Positions 52,167 to 64,000 of a stretch of 64,000 nt of DNA are shown one piece after another (the first letter of the stretch is position 1; every line of letters starts with the position of its first letter). Position numbers and translations under genes: made by a program. The notes beneath the pieces were generated by a model, which saw only the letters and a program-made list of their open reading frames with translations, was not told where the DNA came from and ran no database searches. Source of the stretch: Camelus dromedarius (Eukaryota); assembly GCF_036321535.1 (NCBI RefSeq), contig NC_087447.1, positions 44,394,001 through 44,458,000 on the forward strand, in the 5' to 3' direction.

Positions 52167-53495
52167 TGATACTGAACAGGACCCTGTGCTCCTACCCAAC
52201 CCCTGCCTCTTGTTTATAGAAAAGCTGAAGTCTCCCAAGCCTCTCTAAGTCATAGAGGAGTAGGCTCAGGCAGTTGCTTAGGACAAGCCTGCAAGCATTG
52301 GGGGATGGCAACAACTCTGACCACCCATCTCCACGATTAACTGAGATTACTTTCCTATTTCCCTTTAAAACTTTCATGGCTGAACAAAATCTTTAGAGAC
52401 AGTTTTTCGTTTGAGGGGGTGTCTGTTTTGTTTTTTAGAGGGGTGGGGGATGCTGGATCCACTAGATTGCAGGCATTCTGGTTAAAACTGTTCAACTGAT
52501 AAAAAGGCAGGACATTTCTCCTACCCCACAGCTGGCTCCTTAAAATCCAGGGACATACCTCAGTATCTCTTCCTTTGTTCTCAGAGGGAGGAAGGAGCCT
52601 GTAGCAGAAAATTATTAACACCACCACTGAAATGAAGATAACAACAGCAGAGTTTTCTAACAAAAGACCCCGCAGCCGGATGGGGAGCTGGAGCTGTCTC
52701 TATCAGCCATCCTGGCTGACAGGTCCCCACTCCAGTGCTTCCTTTCCCAGCTTGACTGCCTTTCTTTCCTTCTCTCTCCTCAAGCATTTTCCTTCCATTT
52801 CCCCTTCTGAGCAATAAAGCAGCTATTTACTTCATCCTTCTGCCTCTGCTGTGTGAATTTTTTTGAGACAGGAGGGAAGGGGGCAGGGCACAGCCATTAA
52901 AGGAATGACACAGCGATTAGCACAAAGATGGTTGGAAAATTCAACTCCCAGTAGATCTTGAGGCCCAAGATGGCAGGAGATTGACTTCCAGTAGACCTGG
53001 AGCTTCATTGTATGTTCACAGTAATACATCAGCATGGTAAATGGCATTCCCACAGGCGCCATGGCAGTTCCAACGCTAACCATGAAAAGTCAAAAAGTGG
53101 GCAGTGGCCCAATTCCTGGGAATCCCAGACCCTCCCCAAAGTAGTTGGAATAATCTTTTCTCTTTTTAGCATATGAAGTTACTGAGCCCATAAAAACTAG
53201 CAACACCGAACCTCATGGCCTTTCTCTTGCCTTCTGAGATGGCCTGCACTCTGTCTATGGAGTGTACATCTCTCTGAATAAATCTGCTTTTACTCAACTA
53301 TGGATTGCTGTTCAATTCTTTCCTGTGGGGATGCCAAGGACCCTCACTTGGTAGGGCATGTCCCAGGGACTCAACCAAGACCTGGGACACGATCATCATC
53401 TCGCACCCCATTTTCCTGTATCACTTTCACAGTCGGTAGCAAGGACCCACGCTTCGGTGGTCCTCCTAATTTAGGGGTCCCTCTATCTGCTAACA
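52167..53495 (+). mobile_element. Solo ERV1-like LTR with a second LTR nested inside (52864-53423), splitting a DNA-transposon remnant
   Basis: Outer TGATAC...TAACA with flanks ttag/tcag; inner TGAGAC...TATCA with cataaaaa and aataaa and flanks tttt/cttt. Confidence 0.65.
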
Positions 53496-54191
53496 TCAGT
53501 TTAAAACACATATTACAATGTCACCAATTTGGAGCATTTTTAAAATATTTTGATGTGTTTCACTATAATTAACTTCCTTTGTAGTACTTTTTAATTTATT
53601 TTACACATTTAAAAACATTTTCAGAAGTATGGGATTCGTCAGTCTTGGTCAAAAGGCACAGAAAGGTTAAAAACCCTTGGACTGGATACTCAGCAAGACT
53701 CCTTCCAAACTGATCAAGTTTACACCCACTGTCTCCTCTAATGGGTCAATTGTCCAACTTTTACCTGATTCAAGAGTTTCTAAGATAAGTAGATAGGGAA
53801 TAAAACAATGAACCAGTTCCCAGTGATGAAGAAATATGTCAGCTAGGGTGAGAGAAAGACCCAAAGCAAAAGCAAGTCAGATGCTTTGAAAACAGTACTG
53901 TTAGTGACATGTCTGAGTTCAGGTTTATAAGAAGAAATAGGATAGAGAAATCTTTTTAATAATTCAGAGTCAGTACCAAAACGTCACAGAGAAAGGGATG
54001 TATTGTGCAGAGGCACAATTAGTGAGATATTTTGTGTTGATGTGTCATGAAAGGTAGCTAATAAGCAATGTACCTAGTCATATAGTAAATTCTCAACAAA
54101 TATCTATCAAATGAAAGAGAAAGGGGAGGACAAACAATTGTTCCAAGTAAAGATGACAAAGGTGAAATCATCAAAGGACACAAAACCAAAA

Positions 54192-54211
54192 TACATACAT
54201 ACATACATATA

Positions 54212-54245
<34 letters not shown>

Positions 54246-54249
54246 CATA
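54192..54249. repeat. (TACA)n microsatellite
   Basis: Imperfect tandem tacatacatacat... array seen directly. Confidence 0.9.
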
Positions 54250-55045
54250 ATCAAAGTTCTCTTTTTTACAAACTTGTATTGAAAGACTTTAAGGAAAAAA
54301 AGCAGAGTACTACGTTGGAGGTAGAGGAGAGCAAGACGAGATAGGATGCATAAATCAGAGGCACTCTCTGACCTTGAAAGACCTTATAATTTCAGCAGCA
54401 GGCAGTGTATTTCACTAATAATACAAGGAAATGAAGCAGGGAGGGAAAAGAACACCCATGAAGAGAGTAAGCCAAGTTGGAATTAGCTAATCATTGTTTC
54501 CAGAGGAAAATATCACCATAAAGGGTTATGCTGATTTCAACCTAAACACCATGTCCCTCTACAGCCCTGGACCACCTCAACTTTACTTGCATATAGATAA
54601 GGAACTTATTTTCCTAAATTCAACTGCTTATAAGGTTCCTTGTTTCTATTTGGGATGTGTTTGATTGTTTTCTTCAATATCCTAATGATTCAAATGTGGG
54701 AAGCGCATTTTAACTGAGCCCAATATGATCACAATTCCACTTGATACTGAGAGAGGCTATGTCTTTGTCCAGTATGTTTCCCAGAATACTGGATCCAGAG
54801 AAGTGTTAAGACCCTGACCTCAGAGTAAAAAACAAAACAAAAAAATTAAAGAATGAAAAAGTCCCTATGATATTTCTGGATATTCAGGATTCTAGGGATC
54901 AAACCAAAAGTTGGCGTGGGGTCCAATCAACAATTGTTTCTCACCATCATCAGTAAATCCCTGATTGAATACTTGCTGAGATCCCTGTACTGGCTCCCAG
55001 ACATTGCTCATGGAGGAATCAGCTAAAATAGGATGCAGTCATTCA

Positions 55046-55777
55046 TAGTAAAGGGAAAAGCTTGTTTCTCCATTTACAATGCTTCTGACAGCAAAGCAAT
55101 TCTCCTATTCTCTGTGGACACCAACTGGGTGTCCTACAATTCAATTCTGATACTGACTGCCTAGTAATAGTGCAGACCCCACAGATTAAGGGCTCAGTCC
55201 CCTACTTCAGATGCCAATTGCAAGACCCAAGTTGTCACCTGTACTTCCAAACAACTGGCTATAAATACTGATCTGAGTTCATGCTCTTCACTTTATACAA
55301 AGACACAACTCAGGAACGGCCAAATGTATGAGATGCATAGGGCAGCGTATGGGGTGCAGAGCTCCTCCCTGGGCATGCTAAACCTCCTAGTACCACCATG
55401 TGTTCACCAACCCAGAAGCTCTCCAAACCCTACAATTTAGGGGTTTTAATAAAGGCATGATTGATTAAATCATTAGTTGTTGGTGACTATGTCAATCTCC
55501 AAACTCTCCTTTCCCTAGAGGAGGGGGAGGGAGAGGTGCTGAAAACTTCAACCCTCCAATCACTATTCCCATGGTTAGTTCCTCTAGTAACTAGCCTCCA
55601 TCCTCCAAGAGTCACCTTGTGAGCATAAACTCAGGCGTGGCTGTAAGGGACTTATGAATAACAAAAGATGCCCCTTCATCCCTATTACTGAGGAAATTCC
55701 AAGGACTTTAGGAACTTTGTGTCAAGAACTGGGACTGAAGATCAAATATGCATTTCTTATTATATCACAACATCACA
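55046..55777 (-). mobile_element. MER21-like LTR
   Basis: gacaccaactgggtgtcctacaattcaattctga...catttcttattatatcacaacatcaca. Confidence 0.65.
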
Positions 55778-57012
55778 CAGGGGTTCTCTGCAGGTGGGCA
55801 GGTCCAACTCCCTTCTCCCAACAGAAGCTATCAAATCTTATGTACAACACTTCTCTACAGACAGGGTTCTTTCTTCTTTAGCTGCTTTCCAAAACATTGC
55901 TTGGGATCACTTTCCTCACCTCTGCCAAACTAACTTTAGTCACTACCAACATCTCAGAAGCTCAACCCAGGCTCTTATCAGAGTTACTCCCAGTCCTGAC
56001 CCACCAAGAACACTCAGATCTGGCTGAGCACCTTCCCTCGGGGCTCAGCTGGACACTCAGAGCCAGTGGGTACCAAGAGTTGGGAGGTAGAAGTAGCCGG
56101 CCCTATACAAGCATAAGGAGGTGAATTGTCTGTAAAAAAAAAAATTTAAATAGTAATAAAACTAAATAAAAGTCAGTCTGATCTTTATCACATTGCATGA
56201 CTATGCTAAATAGTGTTAGTGATACAATAACCCTCAAACAAGAATCTTTTGTTAGTCGAAGTTCTAAACAATTGATATGGTTACTGTTGAGTTATGACAA
56301 AATATACATTAGCTTCAAATTATCACTTTTTTCCAACAGTTTTTAGTTGTGCCTTTATTCGCCTTAGTTCATTAAAAATGTACTTGTTTTAAAGATCCTT
56401 TAAATAGAGTGACCATCTACTAATCTGGGATACAAGTCACCCCTCTGAGCCTGGTATTTTTCTTTAAAAAGCAGAATTTCTTTTAGGAATCTTATTGATC
56501 ATGCAGTAGTTACAATAATGTCAGAGATAATGATGTATACATCTAAACAAGACAGGCTGATTAAGAATTTGCATAATGTAAAAATATACATATTAAAAGT
56601 TAGCCATGTGGACAGATGCATGCAATGGGAAGAATAACTAACTGGGGTCAAGGGCCCATAAGCAGTAATATTGTTTCTCCCTCCATCACAGTAAATAACT
56701 TTCACTAACAGATACAGGTATTCCACACACATCTAAATACACAAGGGTAAGCAAATTCAATTTTTAAAACTAATCCACCTTAACATATTTTATTCTACAT
56801 GCAAGTTAATTTGAAAAACTATCAGTTAACTGTCAGATTCAGCCACATATATTACTTTCCATAGTAAATTCATAAGAATTTCTGACTTTTCAAGCTCACT
56901 TCAGGTATATTTTATGATTTTAACCCTTGTGGTAGAACATAGCCCTGCTTTTAAACTGTTCATATAAAATAAACAATGCTAGTTGTTTGTGGTTGTTCTT
57001 TTCTGTGGGTTT

Positions 57013-57060
57013 TGATGATGATGATGATGATGATGACGACGACGACGACGATGATGATGA
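57013..57060. repeat. Compound (GAT)n(GAC)n(GAT)n microsatellite
   Basis: gatgatgat...gacgacgac...gatgatga seen directly. Confidence 0.9.
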
Positions 57061-57095
57061 AGGTCAATCATACAAAAAAAATCTGCAAATAATTT

Positions 57096-57582
57096 TGCTA
57101 GCCAGAATTAGCCTTGAACTGTGAAGGAAAAGCTGGGCTGGGCTAACAAGATAACTCACAAGTCTAAGAATGTGAAAGAAAAGCTGGGCTGGGCTAACAA
57201 GGTAATTCACAAATCTAAGTATGGAATACTGATCTGAGTTCTGCTGGACTAACTTGTAAATCTAAGTTAATTAGTGGTGATTTGCTGTTCATCTTTTTTA
57301 CTAGCCAGCTGGATTTTCAAAGAGATATATCTGGCTTTGGAATGTTGGTTTGCTGCCTCCCTGCCTCCACTTTTGTGATAATGATGCTGCTAAAGCTGTT
57401 CCATGCCTATTGGCCGAATACCCCAAGCTTGTACTTTACCCTATAAAACCTCATGCGCACGTCTTGGAGGTGCTCAGAGCTTCGGAGCAGAAGCCGCTCT
57501 GAGCCTGCCAGCATAATACATCTGAGTACTCCAACCCTCCAAGTGGTGCTTGTTTCTTGGCTGGCCTGTTGTTTCTGTAACA
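57096..57582 (+). mobile_element. Solo ERV LTR with tandem 51-bp enhancer-like repeats
   Basis: Two copies of tgtgaaRgaaaagctgggctgggctaacaag... (57120-57221), TATA cctataaaa (about 57440), end gtttctgtaACA. Confidence 0.55.
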
Positions 57583-58179
57583 GAACAACATACAGTAAGA
57601 TACCAAGTTTCTAAATTGATCTTTGAACACCAAACCACTGAAATTGTAGAGAAAGCCATTAACTATGCAACAACAAAAATGTAAAGAAATTGACATAGAA
57701 AAAAGAATCAGAGTTTGAATACTGTCAGAAGAGACAAGAGATGACAATCTCATATAGCCAACAAAATTTAAAAAGATGATGCTTGATATAAGTTTTCACC
57801 AAGTGGACATTCCTTCTAAAATAATGAATCAAATAACACCAGTGTCAATGATCATTTTCCCAAGTTTTTATCAACAGAAATATCAACAGAATTATCTGAT
57901 GACAATGTTATAGTGAAATGTGTAGATAACTGAAAGCTGCAAGAATTGATCCCAAAGAAACAAGACACGAACAGTACTGTAACTTCTGAAATTTACTGTG
58001 AAGTGTGGTTTGTATAAATCTCTGTCAACTTTTCCATGTGTTTAAGACTTTTCTTATTTGCATGTATGTTGCTCCAGACAAAAGAAACTTTTCAAAATTA
58101 AAATTAACAATAAGTGTTCTCTGGTCACCTAAGAGGAAGACAGAATGACAAACCTAAATATGGTATCTAAGGGACATGG

Positions 58180-58650
58180 GTATACGCCTAGGGCTTCGGT
58201 AACCAAATGTCACAAACTGCACAGCTTAAAACAAAAGAAATTTGTTTCATAGTTCTTAAGGCTAGAAATCCAAAATCAGCCTGTCAGCTAGGTCATGCAT
58301 TCTCTGAAGGATCTAGGAAAGAATCTGTTCCATATCTTGCTCTTAGCTTCCGATGTTTGCCAAAAATCCTTGGCCATCCTTGGCTTGCAACTGGACAACT
58401 CTGATCTCTGCCTTCTCAGTCACATGTCGTTCTCCCTGTGTGTCTCTGTCTGTCCACAGGTGTTCTTTTCCTAAGGACACCAGTCATTTTGGATTAGGCG
58501 CCCACCCTAGTTCAGTATGATCTCATCTTAATTAATTACACCTGCAAGGCCTCTATCAAATAAAGTCCAGTTTGGTGTGGGGTGTATGCGTGCATGAGGA
58601 GGAGGGGGCTTAGCATATCTTTTTTGGAATGGGGGACAACTTAAATCTGG
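58180..58650 (-). mobile_element. MaLR solo LTR (MLT1-like)
   Basis: aggctagaaatccaaaatc...aaggacaccagtcattttggattagg...gatctcatcttaatt. Confidence 0.65.
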
Positions 58651-58954
58651 AACAAGGATCAATTTTGTCAAAGTCATTGCAAATCGACAGACACGAAGGC
58701 TCGAAACCAGAAACTATAAGGTTCATGACTTTAACACATAAATACATAGGTACGTTTTTCCCTTTTAAAACAAAAACCAGTGATGTAATTTTAAAGTATT
58801 AATCCATTACTTTTCCTCTGAGTAAACTAATTTTTCGTGAACTGGGATGTACTTCAACGAAAGAAAATTCTCACCATCTGCGTTTCTTTTCTGTTCATCA
58901 TTGTTATTCCATTCATTTCACCATTACTACCGAAAATAATTTTGTTAGAAAATG

Positions 58955-59720
58955 ACAGGCTCAGGGTGTCACCCCCGCCGGCTGGCCGCGGCTCAGGGCG
59001 CGGCAGGGCCTGTGGGAGCGCGACCCCTCAGGCGCCTTTCCCCTCAGGTAGGTACTCACTTTCCGAGCCCGCTGCGGGCAGAGCTTCCCAGCGCCCTCAG
59101 GCCACAGGACGACTGACGCAGCAGCAGAGAAAGCCGACGGCCGGCTCACCCTACACCAGGGGGCGCCTGGCTCCCGAGCCGACAGGGAGCGCTCGCAGGC
59201 CTAAAGCCCGCCCCGCTCGCCTCGGCTGGAAGAAGTCGATGCCCCGGCTCCGCCCTCCCCCAGGCTGCCAACGAGGCAGGCTCTGTTACACATGCGCAAA
59301 CACGTCCACCACGCGCCTACCTACGGCGCATGCGTCCTCTCAGCTCCGCCTCTCTGCTGCGTTTTCCCTGGAGTTTCCAGTTCCGGCCTCGTAGGGGCGG
59401 GAGGTAACCGAGAATATGCGGCTGTCGGTCGCCGCCGCCATCTCCCACGGCCGCGTATTCCGCCGCCTGGGCCTTGGTCCCGAGTCCCGCATCCACCTGT
59501 TGCAGAACTTGCTTACGGCACTGGTGCGACACGAACGCATCGAGGCGTCATGGGCGCGCGTGGACGAGCTGAGGGGCTACGCCGAGAAGGTGAGGGTCGG
59601 GGCCCTCTGGTTCCTTGCACGAGTCTGGCTTGACGGGGGCGAGATCCGGCCGGATTGGGGCAAGAATTGGAGCTGTCCTGGTAAGCCGAAGTCTGATTCC
59701 CCTGGTACCGTGAGCTGAGC
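58955..59720 (+). promoter_or_regulatory. CpG-island promoter of MRPL17 with NRF1-, ETS/GABP- and Sp1-like sites
   Basis: Sharp rise in GC and CpG; GCGCATGCG (59326-59334, NRF1-like), TTCCGG (59381-59386, ETS/GABP core on the - strand), GGGGCGGGAG (59394-59403, GC box). This combination is typical of nuclear-encoded mitochondrial genes. Confidence 0.8.
59416..59589 (+). CDS. MRPL17: Mitochondrial ribosomal protein L17 (bL17m), coding exon 1
   Basis: [29 protein letters not shown]...RGYAEK (58 codons), ending at donor AAG|GTGAGG. Confidence 0.96.
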
Positions 59721-59894
59721 CCACTCCTCCGGCCCTTCAAATGGAAGCCTGGTTAGGGCTGTGGAGTTAGAGGTGGCCTGAATTAACGAGATGCTTTCCC
59801 AGTGGAATGCATGGGTTGCAGTGAGGCATTAGAGGAGTAGGATTGGCGCCTCCTTTTTTGCTCGGGTTGGATCAGTAATGTTATGTCTTCACAG

Positions 59895-59963
59895 CTCATC
59901 GACTATGGGAAGCTGGGAGACACCAACGAACGAGCCATGCGCATGGCTGACTTCTGGCTCACG
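59895..59963 (+). CDS. MRPL17: MRPL17 coding exon 2
   Basis: Acceptor tcttcac[25 protein letters not shown], donor ACG|GTGAGT; phase 0 at both ends. Confidence 0.95.
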
Positions 59964-60323
59964 GTGAGTGCATCCTGTCTTCCTCCCAAATCTCATCCTT
60001 TGCTCTCTAAGTAGGAGGGGATTGTTAGAGGAAGGGTAACTAGGCAGAATTAAGCTGTAAGGCACTCACTTATGGACACATGTTGTGAACTAAATTAGAA
60101 ATGTGTTTCCTAAGTTAGTTGAATTCGATATGAATCTGAATCCGCACAACTGCCTGTAAAATGAACCCTTCTGCAACTTTGACTCTACCATATCAGTGGG
60201 TGACAGAGTTGTGTGCGTGCGTGCGTGTGTGTGTGTGTACACCCTGCCTTTGGGAGCGCTGAAAGTTAAATGTTTCTGTGGTGGTGCCTGACTTCTCTCT
60301 CCTGGATAACTCTCCCCTTCTAG

Positions 60324-60590
60324 GAGAAAGACTTGATCCCAAAGCTGTTTCAAGTACTGGCCCCTCGGTACCAAGGTCAGAATGGGGGCTACACAAGAAT
60401 GCTGCAGATCCCAAATCGGAGTCAGCAGGATCGGGCCAAAATGGCAGTGATTGAGTATAAAGGGAACTGTCTGCCACCCCTGCCCCTGCCTCGCAGAGAC
60501 AGCAACCTTACACTCCTAAACCAGCTGCTTCAGGGACTGCAGCAGGACCAGGAAGCAAGCACCCACACAACTCAAACACAGGGGATTTAA
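60324..60590 (+). CDS. MRPL17: MRPL17 coding exon 3 (spliced protein 169 aa)
   Basis: Acceptor tctccccttct[18 protein letters not shown]...[12 protein letters not shown]...[13 protein letters not shown], stop TAA at 60588-60590. Confidence 0.95.
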   Translation, partial: EKDLIPKLFQVLAPRYQGQNGGYTRMLQIPNRSQQDRAKMAVIEYKGNCLPPLPLPRRDSNLTLLNQLLQGLQQDQEASTHTTQTQGI

Positions 60591-61809
60591 CGGGAGCCAA
60601 GAGTGTGTGGCCCTCATCAGTGCCCATGATCACAGGCCTTGGGAGCTTTTTTAATCTCTAAGAAGAACTGGAGCAGGAGTTGTAAGATGGACCATCTTGT
60701 TGGAGCCCAGAACCTTCTGGGAGTCAGATAACCCTCTTTGCATAATAGATAAATTCATTGTATGAGTATATGTAAACTGATTTTTTTTTTCTCCTCTGAG
60801 GATTTCTGGAGAATGAGAACTATCCAAGTATTCAGTCTCTGTAAGACAGTAAATCCATGTTGTGTGTTTCTGGCTCTTAAATCTGGGTTGGGTTGGGTTA
60901 GCACAGTTTTGTTTTTCTTAATGCCACATTATATGGGGCATGTATCCTAAAATTCCAAACTGGCCCCCAAAAGTGTTTTGATGTCTACATAGAGACTAAG
61001 CCCCTAGGGTTTCTTAGAGAAGGATTACTTCCTAACGGGAGGTGGGAGAGTGAACATCTAGAAGTGAACTTTCTGCAATAATCGGGTACCCTAGGAACCT
61101 TCAAAGTTCCATTCCTCTGTTTCTAGGCAGGATCACATATTACCCTCATGTGCTCCCCTCGAGCCCTGAATGGGCCTCAGAGGAGAGGACCTGGAACTCA
61201 GATGTACCATCACACTGGCCAGAGGAGTGGAAGCATTCAGCAGAGGATGTTGACTCCAGGATAAGCTCCTTCCTCTAGGGGTGGGCTTGGAGGGGTGAAG
61301 GAGAGGCTTGAAGTGGGAGGAAGATTAGGAAGTTAAACCTCTGGGGATTTCCTGGAAGTTTTCATTGTTGGCAAATCTGGGCCTCTCTGAGAACTTGGAA
61401 AAGGGAAATCCGGCTTCAGAATGGTCAGAGCATATGAGAAGTAGGAAGCTCCTTTACATGCACTAGTTACTTTGAAGCCAGACTTGGCCCAGCCAGGCTG
61501 CCCATCCCTCACACTCAGAGGCTTGACTAAGGTGGTAGTCATGGGAAGACTTAGAGCTATCATGCCTGCCTGAACACTTGATAGCAGGGCCTGACAGATC
61601 CATATCTCTAGTACAGTGGGAAAAAGAGGTTTATCTTAGGCCAGACCTTCAGAGGGTGTTTGATCCATTATCTCAGATAATAAGAGTTGGGGTGGAGAGG
61701 GTCACTGGTCTAGCAGGTAGATACTAGCTTCAGTGACAGAGCTATTCTTGTGCTATTTCAGTGCTATTTTCAGACAGCTCCCCTAGTCTGAGATTAATCT
61801 CCCAATAGG

Positions 61810-61920
61810 GTTCTCATCTCTTTTACAGCACATATACCAAAATTGGAATGATACAGAAAAGATTAGCATGGCCCCTGTGCAAGGATGACCCACAGATTCG
61901 TCAAGCGTTCCATATTTCTT
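61810..61920 (+). pseudogene. U6 snRNA pseudogene (retrocopy)
   Basis: cagcacatataccaaaattggaatgatacagaaaagattagcatggcccctgtgcaaggatgac...gcgttccatattt matches U6 with several substitutions, including ACAGAGA box to ACAGAAA and a degraded 5' end; A-rich tail follows. Confidence 0.9.
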
Positions 61921-62177
61921 AAATGAAAAAAATTTTTGAATTAAAAAAGGAGTACATGAATCCTATAAAATTTAATAAAGGCTCAGGGATGACACAAGGG
62001 AAATAAGAATATAACAGTTTTACTAATCTGGCCTATAAATGGTAGCTTTTTCACCTAAATGGGTGAAACATACCCTCGAGTTCATCTAGGCATGCATCTC
62101 TTTAATAAACTCCAAACACCCAAGACAGGAGTCCAGATACACTAGAATTCCTCCTTTGAGAAGTTCTCTGTCTTAAG

Positions 62178-62266
62178 GGGTTGTACATAGCTCAGTGGTA
62201 GAAGGCATGTTTGGCATACATGAGGTCCTAGGTTCAATCCCCAGGGCCTCCATTAAGGGGAAAAAA
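62178..62266 (+). mobile_element. tRNA-derived SINE (vic-1-like) with TSD
   Basis: A box TAGCTCAGTGG, B box GGTTCAATCC, A-rich tail; TSD aagttctctgtcttaag (62161-62177) / aagttctttgtctcaag (62267-62283). Confidence 0.8.
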
Positions 62267-64000
62267 AAGTTCTTTGTCTCAAGTTCCAGTTTTTCACTCC
62301 AAGGTTCACAGTTATGCCCACTCCCCTCAAAAGATAACAAACTTAGTCTAGCCTCAACAGATCAGTGACACAGTGTAAGCCCAATATCCAGAGGAGATAC
62401 AACTACAAAAGTCAGGGACTGTTTCCTTACACTCATCTTCTGCAGTCAAATCAGCAGGTCATATTGATTTTATTTCCATAATGTTTCTCAAATCTGTAGT
62501 CACCTCTCTCCCAGTCTGAAGTCCTAGACATCTCGATCCTAGATTACTGCAACAGCCTCCTAACTTGCCTCCCTCCACACTGCAGCCATAGTGATAGGAA
62601 TCTGCTATCTTAATTCTCTGCTTGCTGATCTCCAGTGGCTCTTTTCCTATGGGGAAAGAATCCACATTCCTTACCATGTCTCCCCTCAGTGAGTAGGCAT
62701 CTGCTCATTGTTCCAGCTTCTTCCTTTGCCTCTAGTTCTATGCTCCAGAACCTTGAAGGGCTTTATTTTGACTGTTTCCCTATGCACAGCTCCCCTTACC
62801 ACCTTTTATTCATCTATCACCCAGAGAACCCTCTCCCCTTTACCTACCTGCCTTGTGTACAAACTTTCAGCATCTCCGGGGTGATTGCTGTAACCATTTC
62901 TACACCTAAGTTCATTACTTTGTAACCCTAGGTGCGGCTACAGTATTTCCATAATACACTGGATTTACCATGTTGCGTTACAATTCCCTGCAGTGGATTG
63001 ATTCCCAAACATCCACCCCAGATAAGTTTAAGGCAGTCATGGTACTTCCATTCCCTTGCTGTTGGTGGGTTCAGGGATGGACAAGCCTTAACTAATTTGA
63101 GGCCATGAGAATCCATGCTCTACTCTGCTGAGTAAGAGTAAGATTACATGTTATTCTGATAAGCACAGGGAACTGGCTCTAGACTAAAGAGGACACTGAG
63201 AGTGGCAGGTCAGAACAACTGAAAGGTACTATACAGTAATAATCTTTAGTGATTATTCCCATTTATGCCTGGGTTTTCTGTTAATTGCTACCAAAGGTAA
63301 TCTTATTTTCTACTGTTGAATCTTTAGGGTAGTGTTTTCCCCAAATTCTTTTACTATGACCCACAGGTCAAAAAACATTTTACATTGGAACATAACATTG
63401 ACATAAATAGGTGTAATGAAACAAAAGCAGCACAGAGCATTTACTTGTACAGATATCATGTGCACTAATATTGTCTACTATTTTCTAGTTCAGTTTTTTA
63501 AAATGATAGTCCCAATCCAGTAGATTGATTTTACAACTCACTAATGTTTTACAACCTGCTTTTGAAAAACACTGATCTCAGTCAGCATTACAGATTCGCA
63601 GTTGCCTTTGCTGGATAAAATCCTGGCTTCTGTCGTGGCAGAAAGACCTGCTATGGCCTGTTCTCAGCCACCCCTCGGGCTCATCTACAGATATTTGCTA
63701 CCAGCCTTCGTAGGAAACTAACTTGTTATTCTCTGAATATATCTACCTTTGTGCATGATGTTGCCTCTACTGTAGTGCTTGCCCTGTTTCAAGTTACCTT
63801 CTACAGGTTATTCAGATCTCTACTCAGGGTCACTTTTTTGAGGCCTTCTGCAAACTCTGCATCACCCTTCAAATGGGGCTAGGTCCGTTCCTGGGTGCGG
63901 TGATACTCCTCACGGCATATGCCTGTCAAAGCATTCATCACACCATACTACCAATTGCCTGGCTGCTTCACTGACTCCTTCACTGAACTGAGCTCCCAAA

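Noticed and set aside
57120..57221. CRISPR-like or regulatory RNA repeat
   Set aside because: Only two adjacent copies with no spacer, inside an LTR of a mammalian genome.
58837..59394. 185-aa ORF upstream of MRPL17 and overlapping GC-rich ORFs
   Set aside because: Non-ATG start and Pro/Arg/Ala-rich composition, as expected from stop-poor CpG-island sequence.
59590..59718. Continuation of the MRPL17 exon 1 ORF (VRVGALW...)
   Set aside because: Read-through into intron 1 past a good GT donor; homology resumes at 59895.
61810..61920. Functional U6 snRNA gene
   Set aside because: Mutated ACAGAGA box, degraded 5' end, no clear PSE/TATA upstream.
62178..62266. Possible tRNA gene
   Set aside because: Has A/B boxes but also an A tail, TSD and a related copy at 1685-1847, so it is a SINE.

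Overview
Mammalian genomic DNA, probably from a camelid (inferred from two vic-1-like tRNA-derived SINEs), and mostly repeat-derived (L1, L2, MIR, ERVL/MaLR/ERV1 LTRs, DNA transposons). It holds two + strand genes in the same order and orientation as human GVINP1-MRPL17. The first is an intact single-coding-exon interferon-induced very large GTPase (GVIN1/VLIG; ATG 8718, stop 16025, 2435 aa); the second is three-exon MRPL17 (169 aa) with a CpG-island promoter. Between them an intact-ORF ID3 retrocopy with poly(A) and a target-site duplication (TSD) sits inside an L1, and a U6 pseudogene follows MRPL17. Main observation: read by eye, the GVIN1 protein appears to be N-terminal SAM-like domain, coiled coil, MACPF/CDC-like pore-forming domain (FGSH...LGG signature, two amphipathic hairpin segments, GG...W...LVPIWDII tail), helical region, degenerate pseudo-GTPase, active VLIG GTPase, helical region and a Cys/His cluster, with no signal peptide. 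This suggests a cytosolic, GTPase-coupled pore-forming immune effector. These domain calls are pattern-based and need HMM or structure confirmation. Repeat family names and boundaries are approximate.
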